64,000 nt of DNA from Polyangium sp. y55x31 (lineage in GTDB: Bacteria > Myxococcota_A > Polyangia > Polyangiales > Polyangiaceae), in assembly GCF_029946505.1 (NCBI RefSeq), contig NZ_JARZHG010000009.1:106927-170926 (forward strand), in the 5' to 3' direction. The position numbers were made by a program, and so were the translations under genes. Shown here in pieces: positions 56,195-64,000 of this stretch. The notes beneath the pieces were generated by a model. That model was not told the origin of the DNA. It ran no database searches and saw nothing but the letters and a program-made list of their open reading frames with translations. Position 1 is the first letter of the stretch. The number at the start of each line of letters is the position of its first letter.

Positions 56195-56800
56195 GTGCGG
56201 TACTTGCCGATCGAGGTGGATGTGCAGGGTCGCGAGGCCCTCGTGGTCGGGGCGAGCGCGGAGGTCGTGTCCAAGGTGCAGCGGCTGCTCGCGGCGGGAG
56301 CGCGGGTCGTGGTCGTCGCGCCGGGGGAGGTCGATCCGGCGATCGAGGCGATGGCCGCCGAGGGGCAGGTCGCCCTGGAGCGGAGGGAGCCGACGGCGGG
56401 CGACGCCGACGACAAGGCGATCGTCTACGTGGCGACCACCGAAGACGGCCGCGCGGCGCCGTTTCACGCCCGCGGGGTCGCGGAGGGGCGGCTCGTATGC
56501 ACGCTCGACAGGCCCGAGCTGTCGACGTTCGTGAACCCGGCGGTGGCGCGAGCCGCGGGCCTGACGATGACGTTCGCGACCGGCGGCACGAGCCCGGGGG
56601 CGGTGCGGCGCATCCGCGAGGACCTCGAGGCGTTGTTCGGTGATCCGCGGTTCGCGCGGTTCCTGGAGGGGCTCGCCGGCCTCCGGGCCCGGCTGCCGCG
56701 GGGAGAACGAGCGGCCCGGATGGCCGAGGCCGTGAAGGGGTTTGCCGTGGAGGCGAAGCTTCGTTTCCCCGCGTGGGTCGAGCGGGGCGAGGAGCCCTGA
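56195..56800 (+). CDS. precorrin-2 dehydrogenase / sirohydrochlorin ferrochelatase (siroheme synthase N-terminal domain, SirC/Met8-like)
   Basis: Rossmann-like ALVVGASAEVVSKVQRLLAAGARVVVVAP. Start is GTG. Confidence 0.75.
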   Translation: MRYLPIEVDVQGREALVVGASAEVVSKVQRLLAAGARVVVVAPGEVDPAIEAMAAEGQVALERREPTAGDADDKAIVYVATTEDGRAAPFHARGVAEGRLVCTLDRPELSTFVNPAVARAAGLTMTFATGGTSPGAVRRIREDLEALFGDPRFARFLEGLAGLRARLPRGERAARMAEAVKGFAVEAKLRFPAWVERGEEP

Positions 56801-56923
56801 CGTCCGCCGGTGGGGGAGGCACGCGAAAGCGCGCTGCTCAAACCTCTTGTGTCGCGCGGGCAGCGCGAGTTAATTCAGCAAAACTCAGAGAGTCGAGCAG
56901 AGACGAGTGAGGAGGGCTTAGAT

Positions 56924-58195
56924 ATGCGATCGAGTTCGGGCCGGCTGACGTCGTTGCACACGGCAGCAGTGCTCACGAGTCTGTTGGCGCTCACGGCGTC
57001 TCCGGCGGCGTACGCGCAGGCGAAGGCCCCTGCCGCCGCGCCCGCCGCCCCCGCCGCGGACAAGAAGCCTGCGGCGGCGCCGGCCAAGAAGGACGACAAG
57101 GCCGCCGCGCCCGCGGCGCCCGCAAAGAAGGACGAGAAGGCTGCCGCGGCGCCTGCGAAGAAGGACGAGAAGGCCGCCGCCGCGCCCGCGAAGAAGGACG
57201 AGAAGGTCGCCGCGAAGGACGACAAGAAGCCGGCGAAGCCTCTCACCGACAAGCAGAAGAAGGACCTCGCGACGAAGTCCATGAAGGACGGCGACGCAGC
57301 CTTCGAGAAGGGCGAGTACCAGGCCGCGCTCGACGCTTACAAGCTCGCCGACGAGACGCTCCCGGGCCTCAACGCGAAGTTCAAGGTCGCGGTCACGCTC
57401 GAGAAGCTCAACAAGGTGCAGGAGGCCGTCGCGGCCTACCAGGGCTTCCTCGCGGCGATCGACGAGCAGGCCGCCGACAAGAAGAAGAAGTTCGATCCCA
57501 AGAAGTGGGAGGATCGCGTCACCGAGGCGAAGGCCAAGATCGAGGCGCTCAAGAAGACGCCCGCGACGGTCAAGATCGCCACGGCGCCGGAGACGGCCCC
57601 CGGCCTCATGGTCGCGGTCGACGGCAAAGAGCCCGCGCCCGCCGGCGAGCTGAAGCTCGAGCCCGGCAAGCACACGCTCGTCTACTCGGCGAAGGGCTTC
57701 ATCACCTCGCAGCCGCAAGAGGTCGAGGTCGGATTCGCAGAGACGAAGGAGCTGCCGGCGCCGAAGCTCGAAGCCGAGCCGCCGCCTCCGCCGCCCCCGC
57801 CGCCTCCGCCCCCGCCGCCTCCGCCGCCTCCGCCGCCGCCGGAAGCGCCGCCGCCTCCGCCGAAGTCGTACGTCCCCGCGTACGTGACGCTCGGCCTCGC
57901 GGGCGTGGGCGCGGTCGTCGGCACGATCTTCGGCGTCTCGGCTCTCAGCGCGAAGAGCGACTTCGAGGCGAACCCGACGGTCGACAACGCCGACCGCACC
58001 GATCGCAACGCGCTCATCGCGGACATGTCGTTCGCCGTGGCGCTGACGTTCGGCGTGACGGGTGCCGTGCTGCTCTTCGGCGGCGACGACAAGCCCGCGC
58101 AGCAGCAGACGGCGACGACGAAGCTCTACAAGCCGGTCGTCGCGCCCTTCGTGGGCCCGACGGGCGGCGGCGGCGTCGTGTCGTTCAAGTTCTGA
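56924..58195 (+). CDS. secreted protein with Lys/Ala-rich repeats, TPR-like segment, PEGA-like domain, 24-residue poly-Pro linker and TM helix
   Basis: RBS GAGGAGGG precedes the ATG at 56924. The PEGA-like segment is VKIATAPETAPGLMVAVDGKE...GKHTLVYSAKGF. The poly-Pro run maps to 57778-57855. Confidence 0.6.
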   Translation: MRSSSGRLTSLHTAAVLTSLLALTASPAAYAQAKAPAAAPAAPAADKKPAAAPAKKDDKAAAPAAPAKKDEKAAAAPAKKDEKAAAAPAKKDEKVAAKDDKKPAKPLTDKQKKDLATKSMKDGDAAFEKGEYQAALDAYKLADETLPGLNAKFKVAVTLEKLNKVQEAVAAYQGFLAAIDEQAADKKKKFDPKKWEDRVTEAKAKIEALKKTPATVKIATAPETAPGLMVAVDGKEPAPAGELKLEPGKHTLVYSAKGFITSQPQEVEVGFAETKELPAPKLEAEPPPPPPPPPPPPPPPPPPPPPEAPPPPPKSYVPAYVTLGLAGVGAVVGTIFGVSALSAKSDFEANPTVDNADRTDRNALIADMSFAVALTFGVTGAVLLFGGDDKPAQQQTATTKLYKPVVAPFVGPTGGGGVVSFKF

Positions 58196-58208
58196 TCGGG
58201 AACACGCG

Positions 58209-59168
58209 ATGAACGCACGGAGCACTCGAAGCTGGGCAGCGCTCGTGATCAGCACGGGCGTTGCCCTCTCCGTCGGCGCAGGCTGCGAGCTCGTCGCGTC
58301 GGTCGATCGGGACACGATCCCGATCGGCGACGGCGGGACGGGCGGAACGGGCGGCCAAGGCGGCATGGGCGGCGTTGGCGGCACCGGTGGCCAAGGCGGT
58401 CAGGGCGGCCAAGGCGGCGCTGGTGGTCAAGGCGGCGCTGGCGGTCAAGGCGGAGCGGGCGGAGCAGGCGGCGCCATGGGTACATGCGCCGATCCTGCGG
58501 CCGATTGCCCGCCGCCGTCGGGCCCGTGCGTGAACGCGATCTGCGACGCGAACAAGAACTGCGGCGAAGAGCCGAAGGCGCAAGGCACGCCGTCCTCGAA
58601 CGAGGTGGCGGGCGATTGCAAGCAGCACACGTGCGACGCCGCAGGCGCCGAGCAGGTGGCAGACGAAGCCTCCGGAACGGCGTGCGGCGACGCGACGCAG
58701 TCCTGCACGAACGGCGTCGCGAACCAGGCCGACACCTGCGACGACGCCGGCACGTGCCAGCCGAACGACAACGTCGCCTGCGCGCCGTACATCTGCGGCG
58801 CGACGGCCTGCGTCACGGCCTGCGCCGCCGACGCGGACTGCGCCGCGGGCAACTACTGCAACGGCAGCGCGTGCGTGCCGAAGATCGCGACCGGCACGGC
58901 GTGCGCGACGTCGAACGCCTGCCAGAGCGGCTTCTGCGCGGACGGCGTCTGCTGCAACGCCGCGTGCAACGGGACCTGCCTCGCATGCAACAACGCCGGC
59001 TCGGTGGGCACGTGCACGCCGGTCCCGGCGGGCACGACCGATCCCGCGTGCGGCGCGGGCGAAGCCTGCAGCGACGCGACGACCTGCCTCAAGATCGCCG
59101 GCTCGTCCTGCGGTTTGCCGGACGAGTGCATCTCCAACGTGTGCACGAACGGCGAATGCGCGCCGTGA
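58209..59168 (+). CDS. lipoprotein with (GGxGG)n Gly-rich linker and Cys-rich C-terminal domain
   Basis: Lipobox VGAGC is followed by GGTGGTGGQGGMGG.... The C-terminal half has ~40 Cys. ATG at 58209. Confidence 0.6.
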   Translation: MNARSTRSWAALVISTGVALSVGAGCELVASVDRDTIPIGDGGTGGTGGQGGMGGVGGTGGQGGQGGQGGAGGQGGAGGQGGAGGAGGAMGTCADPAADCPPPSGPCVNAICDANKNCGEEPKAQGTPSSNEVAGDCKQHTCDAAGAEQVADEASGTACGDATQSCTNGVANQADTCDDAGTCQPNDNVACAPYICGATACVTACAADADCAAGNYCNGSACVPKIATGTACATSNACQSGFCADGVCCNAACNGTCLACNNAGSVGTCTPVPAGTTDPACGAGEACSDATTCLKIAGSSCGLPDECISNVCTNGECAP

Positions 59169-59231
59169 CGTGACGAACGCGCGGGGGCCCGGCTCCGACG
59201 AACCGGAGCGGATCCCCGCGCGTTTTTCCTT

Positions 59232-61118
59232 TCAAACCCGAAGCGTCGTCCGCCGATAACGCTTGCCCGCCGTGAGCTCGGCGAGCGTCGTGAGCGACGT
59301 CGATTCCGGCTCGGCCGATGCGTCTACCGCGTCGCCCTCACCCGCCTGCTCCGACGTTTCGTCCTCGTCCACGTCGTAGGCCGGCACCGTCCTCGCCTGC
59401 TCCCAGCGATCCTTCAGCCGATCGGCGATCGTCGCGAGCAGCGCGCGTGTCGTCTCGCGGTTCGTCGCGGACACGAGCACTGCGTTCTTGTGGCCGAAGA
59501 GCAGCCTTCGCGCCTCGGCCTTGTCGACGAGGTCGATCTTGTTGAAGACCAGGATCCGCGGGATCGACGAGAGCCCGAGCTCGCCGAGCAGCTCCTCGGT
59601 CGTCGCGATGTGCTGGTCGTGGGCCGGGTCGCTCGCGTCGACGACGTGCAGGATGAGGTCCGCGTCGGCGGCCTCCTCGAACGTGGCGCGGAACGCGGCG
59701 AACAGGTCCTTCGGCAGCTCGCGGATGAAGCCCACGGTGTCCGTGATGATCACCTCGCGCTCCTCGGGAAAACGGATCCGGCGCGAGCGCGTGTCGAGCG
59801 TGGCGAAGAGCTTGTTCTCCGCGATCGTGTCCGAGCCCGTGAGCGTGTTGAGGAGCGTGCTTTTCCCTGCGTTCGTGTAGCCGACGATGCTCACGATCGG
59901 CACGTCCTTGCGCGCGCGCTTGCGGCGCCGCTGCTCGCGCTGACGCGACAGCTTCTTGAGCTGCGCTTCGAGGAACGAGACGCGCTCCTTGGCGCGGCGA
60001 CGACCGATCTCGAGCTTCGTCTCGCCGGGGCCACGTCCGCCGATGCCGCCGGTGAGGCGCGAGAGCGAGTCGTCCTTCATCGCGAGGCGCGGCAGGGCGT
60101 ACTTGAGCTGCGCGAGCTCGACCTGCAGCTTGCCGTCCGCGGACTCGGCGCGCTGCGCGAAGATGTCGAGGATGAGCTGCGTCCGATCGATCACCTTGAG
60201 GTCGGCGTGTTTCGAGATCGCCGAGGCCTGCGAGGGCGTGAGGTTGCGATCGAAGACCAGCGTCACCGCGTCGAGCTCGGCCGCGCGCAGGACGATGTCG
60301 TCGAGCTTGCCCTTGCCCACGATGAGGCGCGGGTCGATCTTGTCGCGGAGCTGAATGACGGTGTCGACGACCTCGACGCCTGCGGTGCGCGAGAGCTCGG
60401 CGAGCTCGCGCAGGCTGTCCTCGGCCTCCGCGTACGCGCCTTGCTTCGACTTCTCCGCGACGTGCACGAGGATCGCTCGCCCGTCCTTCGCGTGCGTGAA
60501 GATGCGCGACCTTCGAGCGAACTCGTCTTCTAGCGCGTTGATGAGCTCGCCGAAATGGATGTCGATGCGGCCGATCGGCATCGGCTCCACGCGCCGGTAG
60601 GGCAAACCATTGCGCGGATCCTCGCCCTCGGCGACCGGCGACGGCGGCGTGTTGTACGCGAGATCCATCGTCTTCGGCTCGCCCTCGGGCGAGAGCTGGA
60701 TCGCGGCCACGAGGTCGAGGCGCAGGCGCACGAGGTCGACGATGTCGTCGCGCGTGAGCTGCTCGTTGTAGAGGTGCGTGTGGACGAGGCGGAGCGCGCG
60801 GAAGCGGCCCTCGGCGGCGCGCAGGCGGCCGATGTCGGGGAGCATGAGCTTCGTCGCGTCGCCGACGATCACGTAGTCGATCTCGCCCGATCGATGCACG
60901 AGCGCGCCGACCTGGCGGCCCGTCACGTGCGAGGCCTCGGCGAGGGATTTGACGAGCTCCGGCGTGGCCACGTGATCGAGGGGCACCTTGCGCCGGTAGA
61001 TACGCTCCAGAAGTCGAACCGCGTGGGGGCTCAGCCCCGTGGTGTTTCCGTAGATCTGTTGCATTCGGACGGTGGTTTGAGGGCCAAGCTCCGCTCGCCG
61101 GAGCGCTCCCCCAAGCAT
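59232..61118 (-). CDS. hflX: GTPase HflX
   Basis: HflX N-domain (IDRTQLILDIFAQRA...GKLQVELAQLKY), then G1 GYTNAGKST, and DTVGF. Start is ATG 61118 with a GGGAAG RBS. ATG 61064 is the alternative. Confidence 0.9.
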   Translation of the reverse strand: MLGGALRRAELGPQTTVRMQQIYGNTTGLSPHAVRLLERIYRRKVPLDHVATPELVKSLAEASHVTGRQVGALVHRSGEIDYVIVGDATKLMLPDIGRLRAAEGRFRALRLVHTHLYNEQLTRDDIVDLVRLRLDLVAAIQLSPEGEPKTMDLAYNTPPSPVAEGEDPRNGLPYRRVEPMPIGRIDIHFGELINALEDEFARRSRIFTHAKDGRAILVHVAEKSKQGAYAEAEDSLRELAELSRTAGVEVVDTVIQLRDKIDPRLIVGKGKLDDIVLRAAELDAVTLVFDRNLTPSQASAISKHADLKVIDRTQLILDIFAQRAESADGKLQVELAQLKYALPRLAMKDDSLSRLTGGIGGRGPGETKLEIGRRRAKERVSFLEAQLKKLSRQREQRRRKRARKDVPIVSIVGYTNAGKSTLLNTLTGSDTIAENKLFATLDTRSRRIRFPEEREVIITDTVGFIRELPKDLFAAFRATFEEAADADLILHVVDASDPAHDQHIATTEELLGELGLSSIPRILVFNKIDLVDKAEARRLLFGHKNAVLVSATNRETTRALLATIADRLKDRWEQARTVPAYDVDEDETSEQAGEGDAVDASAEPESTSLTTLAELTAGKRYRRTTLRV

Positions 61119-61194
61119 GCATTCGTGCTTCCCTTTCATAACGCACGGATCCCCGGGGCGCGAGAGGCGGCGCCTTGATACCGTGCAGCCGGAC

Positions 61195-62166
61195 ATGGGC
61201 ATCTTCACGGCACTCTCCATCGAGGAAGCTCGGGCGCTCGGCGCGCGCTTCGGCCTCGTGATCACGGGCGCGCGTGGGCTCGACGCGGGCAGCGTGAACA
61301 CGAGCTACGAGCTCACGATCGAAGGCGGGAGCCGGGCCTTTTTGCGGATCTACGAGGGCGTGGATGCCGCCTCGGCCGCGCGGGAGGCGCGCCTCGTCGC
61401 GCACCTCGCCGCGCATGGCGTTCCGACACCGAGGCCGCTGCTCCTCGCCTCCGGAGACGGCTCGTTCGTGGCCGAGCACGCGGGCAAACCCGCGGTCGTG
61501 TTCCCGTGGATCGAAGGTGAGGTCGTCTGTCAGCGCGGCGTGACCGAGGCGCACGCGCGCGCCGTCGGGGAAGGGCTCGCGCGGGTGCACCTCGCGGGCG
61601 CGTCGTTCGGCGAGCCGCTCGTCACGCGGTTCGGCCCCGAGGATCTCGCGGCGCGGCTCTCCGCGCTTCGCGAGCGGACGGACGTCCCGGAGCACGTTCG
61701 AACGATCCTGCCCTCGCTCGAACGGAAGCTCGACCGTCTCTCGCGTGTGAGCCTCGGCCCGACGCTCCCGGTGATCCATGCGGATCTCTTCCGGGACAAC
61801 GTCCTGTTCAGGGACGGCGCGCTCACTGCGCTCCTCGATTTCGAGAGCTCGTCGAGCGGCGCGGCCGCGTTCGACCTTATGGTCACGGTGCTCGCGTGGT
61901 GCTTCGGAGACGGCCTCGATCGAGGCCTCGCGCGGGCCCTCGCGGGCGGATATTCCGCGGTCCGCGCCCTCGCGGACGACGAGCGAGCGGCGCTCCACGA
62001 CGCGGCGCTCTTCGCGACGCTCCGCTTCACGATCACGCGCATCACGGACTACGAGTTGCGCCCGCGCGGCGCCTTTGCGTTCAAGGATTACCGGCGCTTC
62101 GTGGCGCGCGCGGAGGCGATCGAAGCGCTCTCCGCGCGCGGACTCGTCGAAATGCTCGGCGTGTGA
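61195..62166 (+). CDS. aminoglycoside-phosphotransferase-fold kinase (homoserine kinase type II-like)
   Basis: APH-fold catalytic motif IHADLFRDNVLF and ...LDFES. Confidence 0.6.
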   Translation: MGIFTALSIEEARALGARFGLVITGARGLDAGSVNTSYELTIEGGSRAFLRIYEGVDAASAAREARLVAHLAAHGVPTPRPLLLASGDGSFVAEHAGKPAVVFPWIEGEVVCQRGVTEAHARAVGEGLARVHLAGASFGEPLVTRFGPEDLAARLSALRERTDVPEHVRTILPSLERKLDRLSRVSLGPTLPVIHADLFRDNVLFRDGALTALLDFESSSSGAAAFDLMVTVLAWCFGDGLDRGLARALAGGYSAVRALADDERAALHDAALFATLRFTITRITDYELRPRGAFAFKDYRRFVARAEAIEALSARGLVEMLGV

Positions 62167-62252
62167 AGGGCGCGTGAAGGAGTTTTGATTTTCGAGGTGG
62201 ATCCTGGGCCGACGGTTGCGCCGTGGGGGGCCCGCCGTTACCTTCGAGGACC

Positions 62253-63146
62253 ATGGCACAGGTCGGGACGCTCGATTTCAAAGGCTTCATCGAGAACCGC
62301 AAAGAACGGCGCGCAGGCGGCGTGGACGGGGGTGGACACGCGTATGCGTACGTCTCCGATCGAACGACGCGCGCCGCGTTCGACAAGATGAAGCCGGTGG
62401 AGCTCGCCGTCGCCGCCTCCGTCCGGTTCTTCAAGGCCGTCGGCAAGAGCGACCTGCTCGGACACGCGGTGAAGGTCGGGACGAACCAGTTCCCGCGCGT
62501 GCACGGCATCGCCGCCGAGTGCGCGCAGACGCTCGGCATCGCCACGCCCACCGTCTACATCCTCAACAACCCGCAGATGAACGCGGCGACGTACGGGACG
62601 AACGACGACTCGTTCATCATGGTCCACTCGGCGCTCGTCGATCACTTCTCCGACGAGGAGCTCAGGAACGTCATCGGCCACGAGTGCGGCCACATCCACA
62701 ACAGCCACGTCGTCTACCTGACGGCGATGCACTACCTGAAGATCATGGCCAGCCGCCTGCTCGGCCCGCTGGTCGAGCCCGCGGTGGTGGCCCTCTCGAG
62801 CTGGTCGCGCCGCGCCGAGGTGACGTGTGATCGCGCGGGCCTGCTCTGCTGCAAGAGCCTCGACGTCGCGCAAAAGACGTTCGCCAAGCTCGCGCTCGGA
62901 TCGACGAAGCTCTACGCCGAGCTCAACATGGACGCGTTCCTCGCGCAGTACGACGAGGGCCGGGAGGGCGTGGGCCGCTACCGCGAGCTGCTCGCGAGCC
63001 ACCCCTACCTGCCGAAGCGCGTGATGGCCCTGCGCACGTTCGCCGAGAGCGAGCTCTACAAGAAGCACATCGGCCAGGATGCCCCCGGCCTCTCGATGGA
63101 AGAGGTCGACGAGAAGGTCCACGACATCATCAAGGTGGTCGGCTAG
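62253..63146 (+). CDS. M48-family zinc metallopeptidase
   Basis: HECGHIHNSH HExxH motif. RBS GAGGA precedes the ATG at 62253. Confidence 0.8.
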   Translation: MAQVGTLDFKGFIENRKERRAGGVDGGGHAYAYVSDRTTRAAFDKMKPVELAVAASVRFFKAVGKSDLLGHAVKVGTNQFPRVHGIAAECAQTLGIATPTVYILNNPQMNAATYGTNDDSFIMVHSALVDHFSDEELRNVIGHECGHIHNSHVVYLTAMHYLKIMASRLLGPLVEPAVVALSSWSRRAEVTCDRAGLLCCKSLDVAQKTFAKLALGSTKLYAELNMDAFLAQYDEGREGVGRYRELLASHPYLPKRVMALRTFAESELYKKHIGQDAPGLSMEEVDEKVHDIIKVVG

Positions 63147-63155
63147 GAGCGCACG

Positions 63156-64000
63156 ATGCTCGAGACATTCCGCACGAGACAGGTCGAAGTCACCACAGCG
63201 CTACGCGAGCTGCTCACGATCGCCGGCCGCGTCGGCGCGCGATCGCTCTCGCGCCGCCTCGGCAGCGACGTGGTCGACAAACTTTCGGCCGACCGCTTCC
63301 ACCTCGTCGTCGTCGGCGAGTTCAACCACGGCAAGACGACCTTCGTGAACGCGCTGCTCGGCGCCGAGGTCCTGCCCGTCGGCGTGACCCCGACGACGGC
63401 CGTCATCCACCACCTCGAATACGCGTCCGAGCCTCGCGCGGAGCTCGTGCGGGCCTCGGGCGAGCGCACGACGATGCCGTTCGAGGAGGTGCGCAAGTTC
63501 GCCGTCGGCCAGGAAAAAGGCTCCGAGAGCGCGACGAGCGAGGTGAAGCACCTCGAGGTCTTCTATCCGGCGGAGCTGCTCCGCGAGCGCATCGTGCTCG
63601 TCGACACGCCAGGCGTGAACGACCTCTCGCTCCAGCGCGCGGACATCACCTACAGCTACATCCCGCGCTCGGACGCCGTGCTCTTCCTCATCGACGCGGG
63701 CCAGCCGCTCAAGGAGAGCGAGCGCGTCTTCCTCAACGAGAAGCTGCTCGGCCAGTCGCGCGACAAGATCATCTTCGTCGTCACCAAGAAGGACATCTGG
63801 AGCGACGACGAGGAGGAAGAGGCGCTCGCGTACATCCGCACCGAGCTCGCGAAGCTCATCCGCACGCCCGTGGTCTTCGCGGTGAGCGCGAAGCGCGCGG
63901 CCGAAGGTCATCCCGAGGAGAGCGGCATGCCGGAGCTGCTCTCGCACCTGACGAAATTCCTCGCCGAGGAGCGAGGCCGCATCCTGCTCGACAACGCGCT
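63156..64000 (+). CDS. bacterial dynamin-like GTPase, 3'-truncated by the window end
   Basis: AGGAG RBS. The sequence reads MLETFRTRQ...VVVGEFNHGKTTFVNALLG (P-loop) and ...LVDTPGVND. There is no stop before the window end. Confidence 0.7.
   Translation, partial: MLETFRTRQVEVTTALRELLTIAGRVGARSLSRRLGSDVVDKLSADRFHLVVVGEFNHGKTTFVNALLGAEVLPVGVTPTTAVIHHLEYASEPRAELVRASGERTTMPFEEVRKFAVGQEKGSESATSEVKHLEVFYPAELLRERIVLVDTPGVNDLSLQRADITYSYIPRSDAVLFLIDAGQPLKESERVFLNEKLLGQSRDKIIFVVTKKDIWSDDEEEEALAYIRTELAKLIRTPVVFAVSAKRAAEGHPEESGMPELLSHLTKFLAEERGRILLDNA

Overview
This is a ~70% GC chromosomal window with clear myxobacterial character: it carries many eukaryotic-like Ser/Thr protein kinases (STPKs), a sigma-54 enhancer-binding protein (EBP), a MYXO-CTERM sorting tail, PEGA-like domains, Cys-rich lipoproteins and long Pro/Gly/Ser low-complexity linkers.

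The conserved core at about 26.0–40.75 kb lies on the minus strand in the classic order tRNA-Thr/Tyr/Gly/Thr, tuf, rpmG, tRNA-Trp, secE, nusG, rplK, rplA, rplJ, rplL, rpoB, rpoC. It ends in a clear Rho-independent terminator after rpoC and has an rplL–rpoB attenuator-like hairpin. Other housekeeping genes in the window are panB, lgt, hisIE, hflX, a cysG-N/SirC-like gene, an HDAC-family gene and an M48 peptidase.

The accessory flanks contain several coherent but apparently uncharacterised modules:
- **Sigma-54 module at 3.9–9.9 kb (minus strand).** An STPK gene lies 9 nt upstream of a GAF-type sigma-54 EBP gene (GAFTGA motif). Downstream are two secreted-protein genes: an astacin-type metalloprotease fused to an 8-blade FG-GAP-like propeller, and a Cys-rich lipoprotein. 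Each of these two genes has its own -24/-12 sigma-54 promoter and, about 90–100 bp further upstream, a copy of a ~115-bp duplicated element containing a perfect 8+8 inverted repeat, which is a candidate upstream activating sequence (UAS).
- **ECF-sigma envelope operon at 11–14.4 kb.** It encodes a TPR/PEGA outer-membrane-like protein, a Cys-rich lipoprotein and a coiled-coil protein. The ECF sigma gene is interrupted by a single in-frame TGA.
- **vWA/TSP3 lipoprotein – Omp85(POTRA) – periplasmic protein** operon at 49.6–53.7 kb.
- **MshEN – HD-GYP(GLP) – REC – DUF4388 signalling protein** next to a DUF2330/MYXO-CTERM protein.
- **A 745-aa sigma-70 family protein** with four N-terminal internal repeats, divergent from an unusually AT-rich, palindrome-dense intergenic region.
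- **A nested-stem structured element** immediately 3' of a proline-repeat protein gene.

Many long ORFs in the six-frame track are antisense or GC-frame artefacts and were rejected, including the 3704-aa ORF opposite rpoBC.
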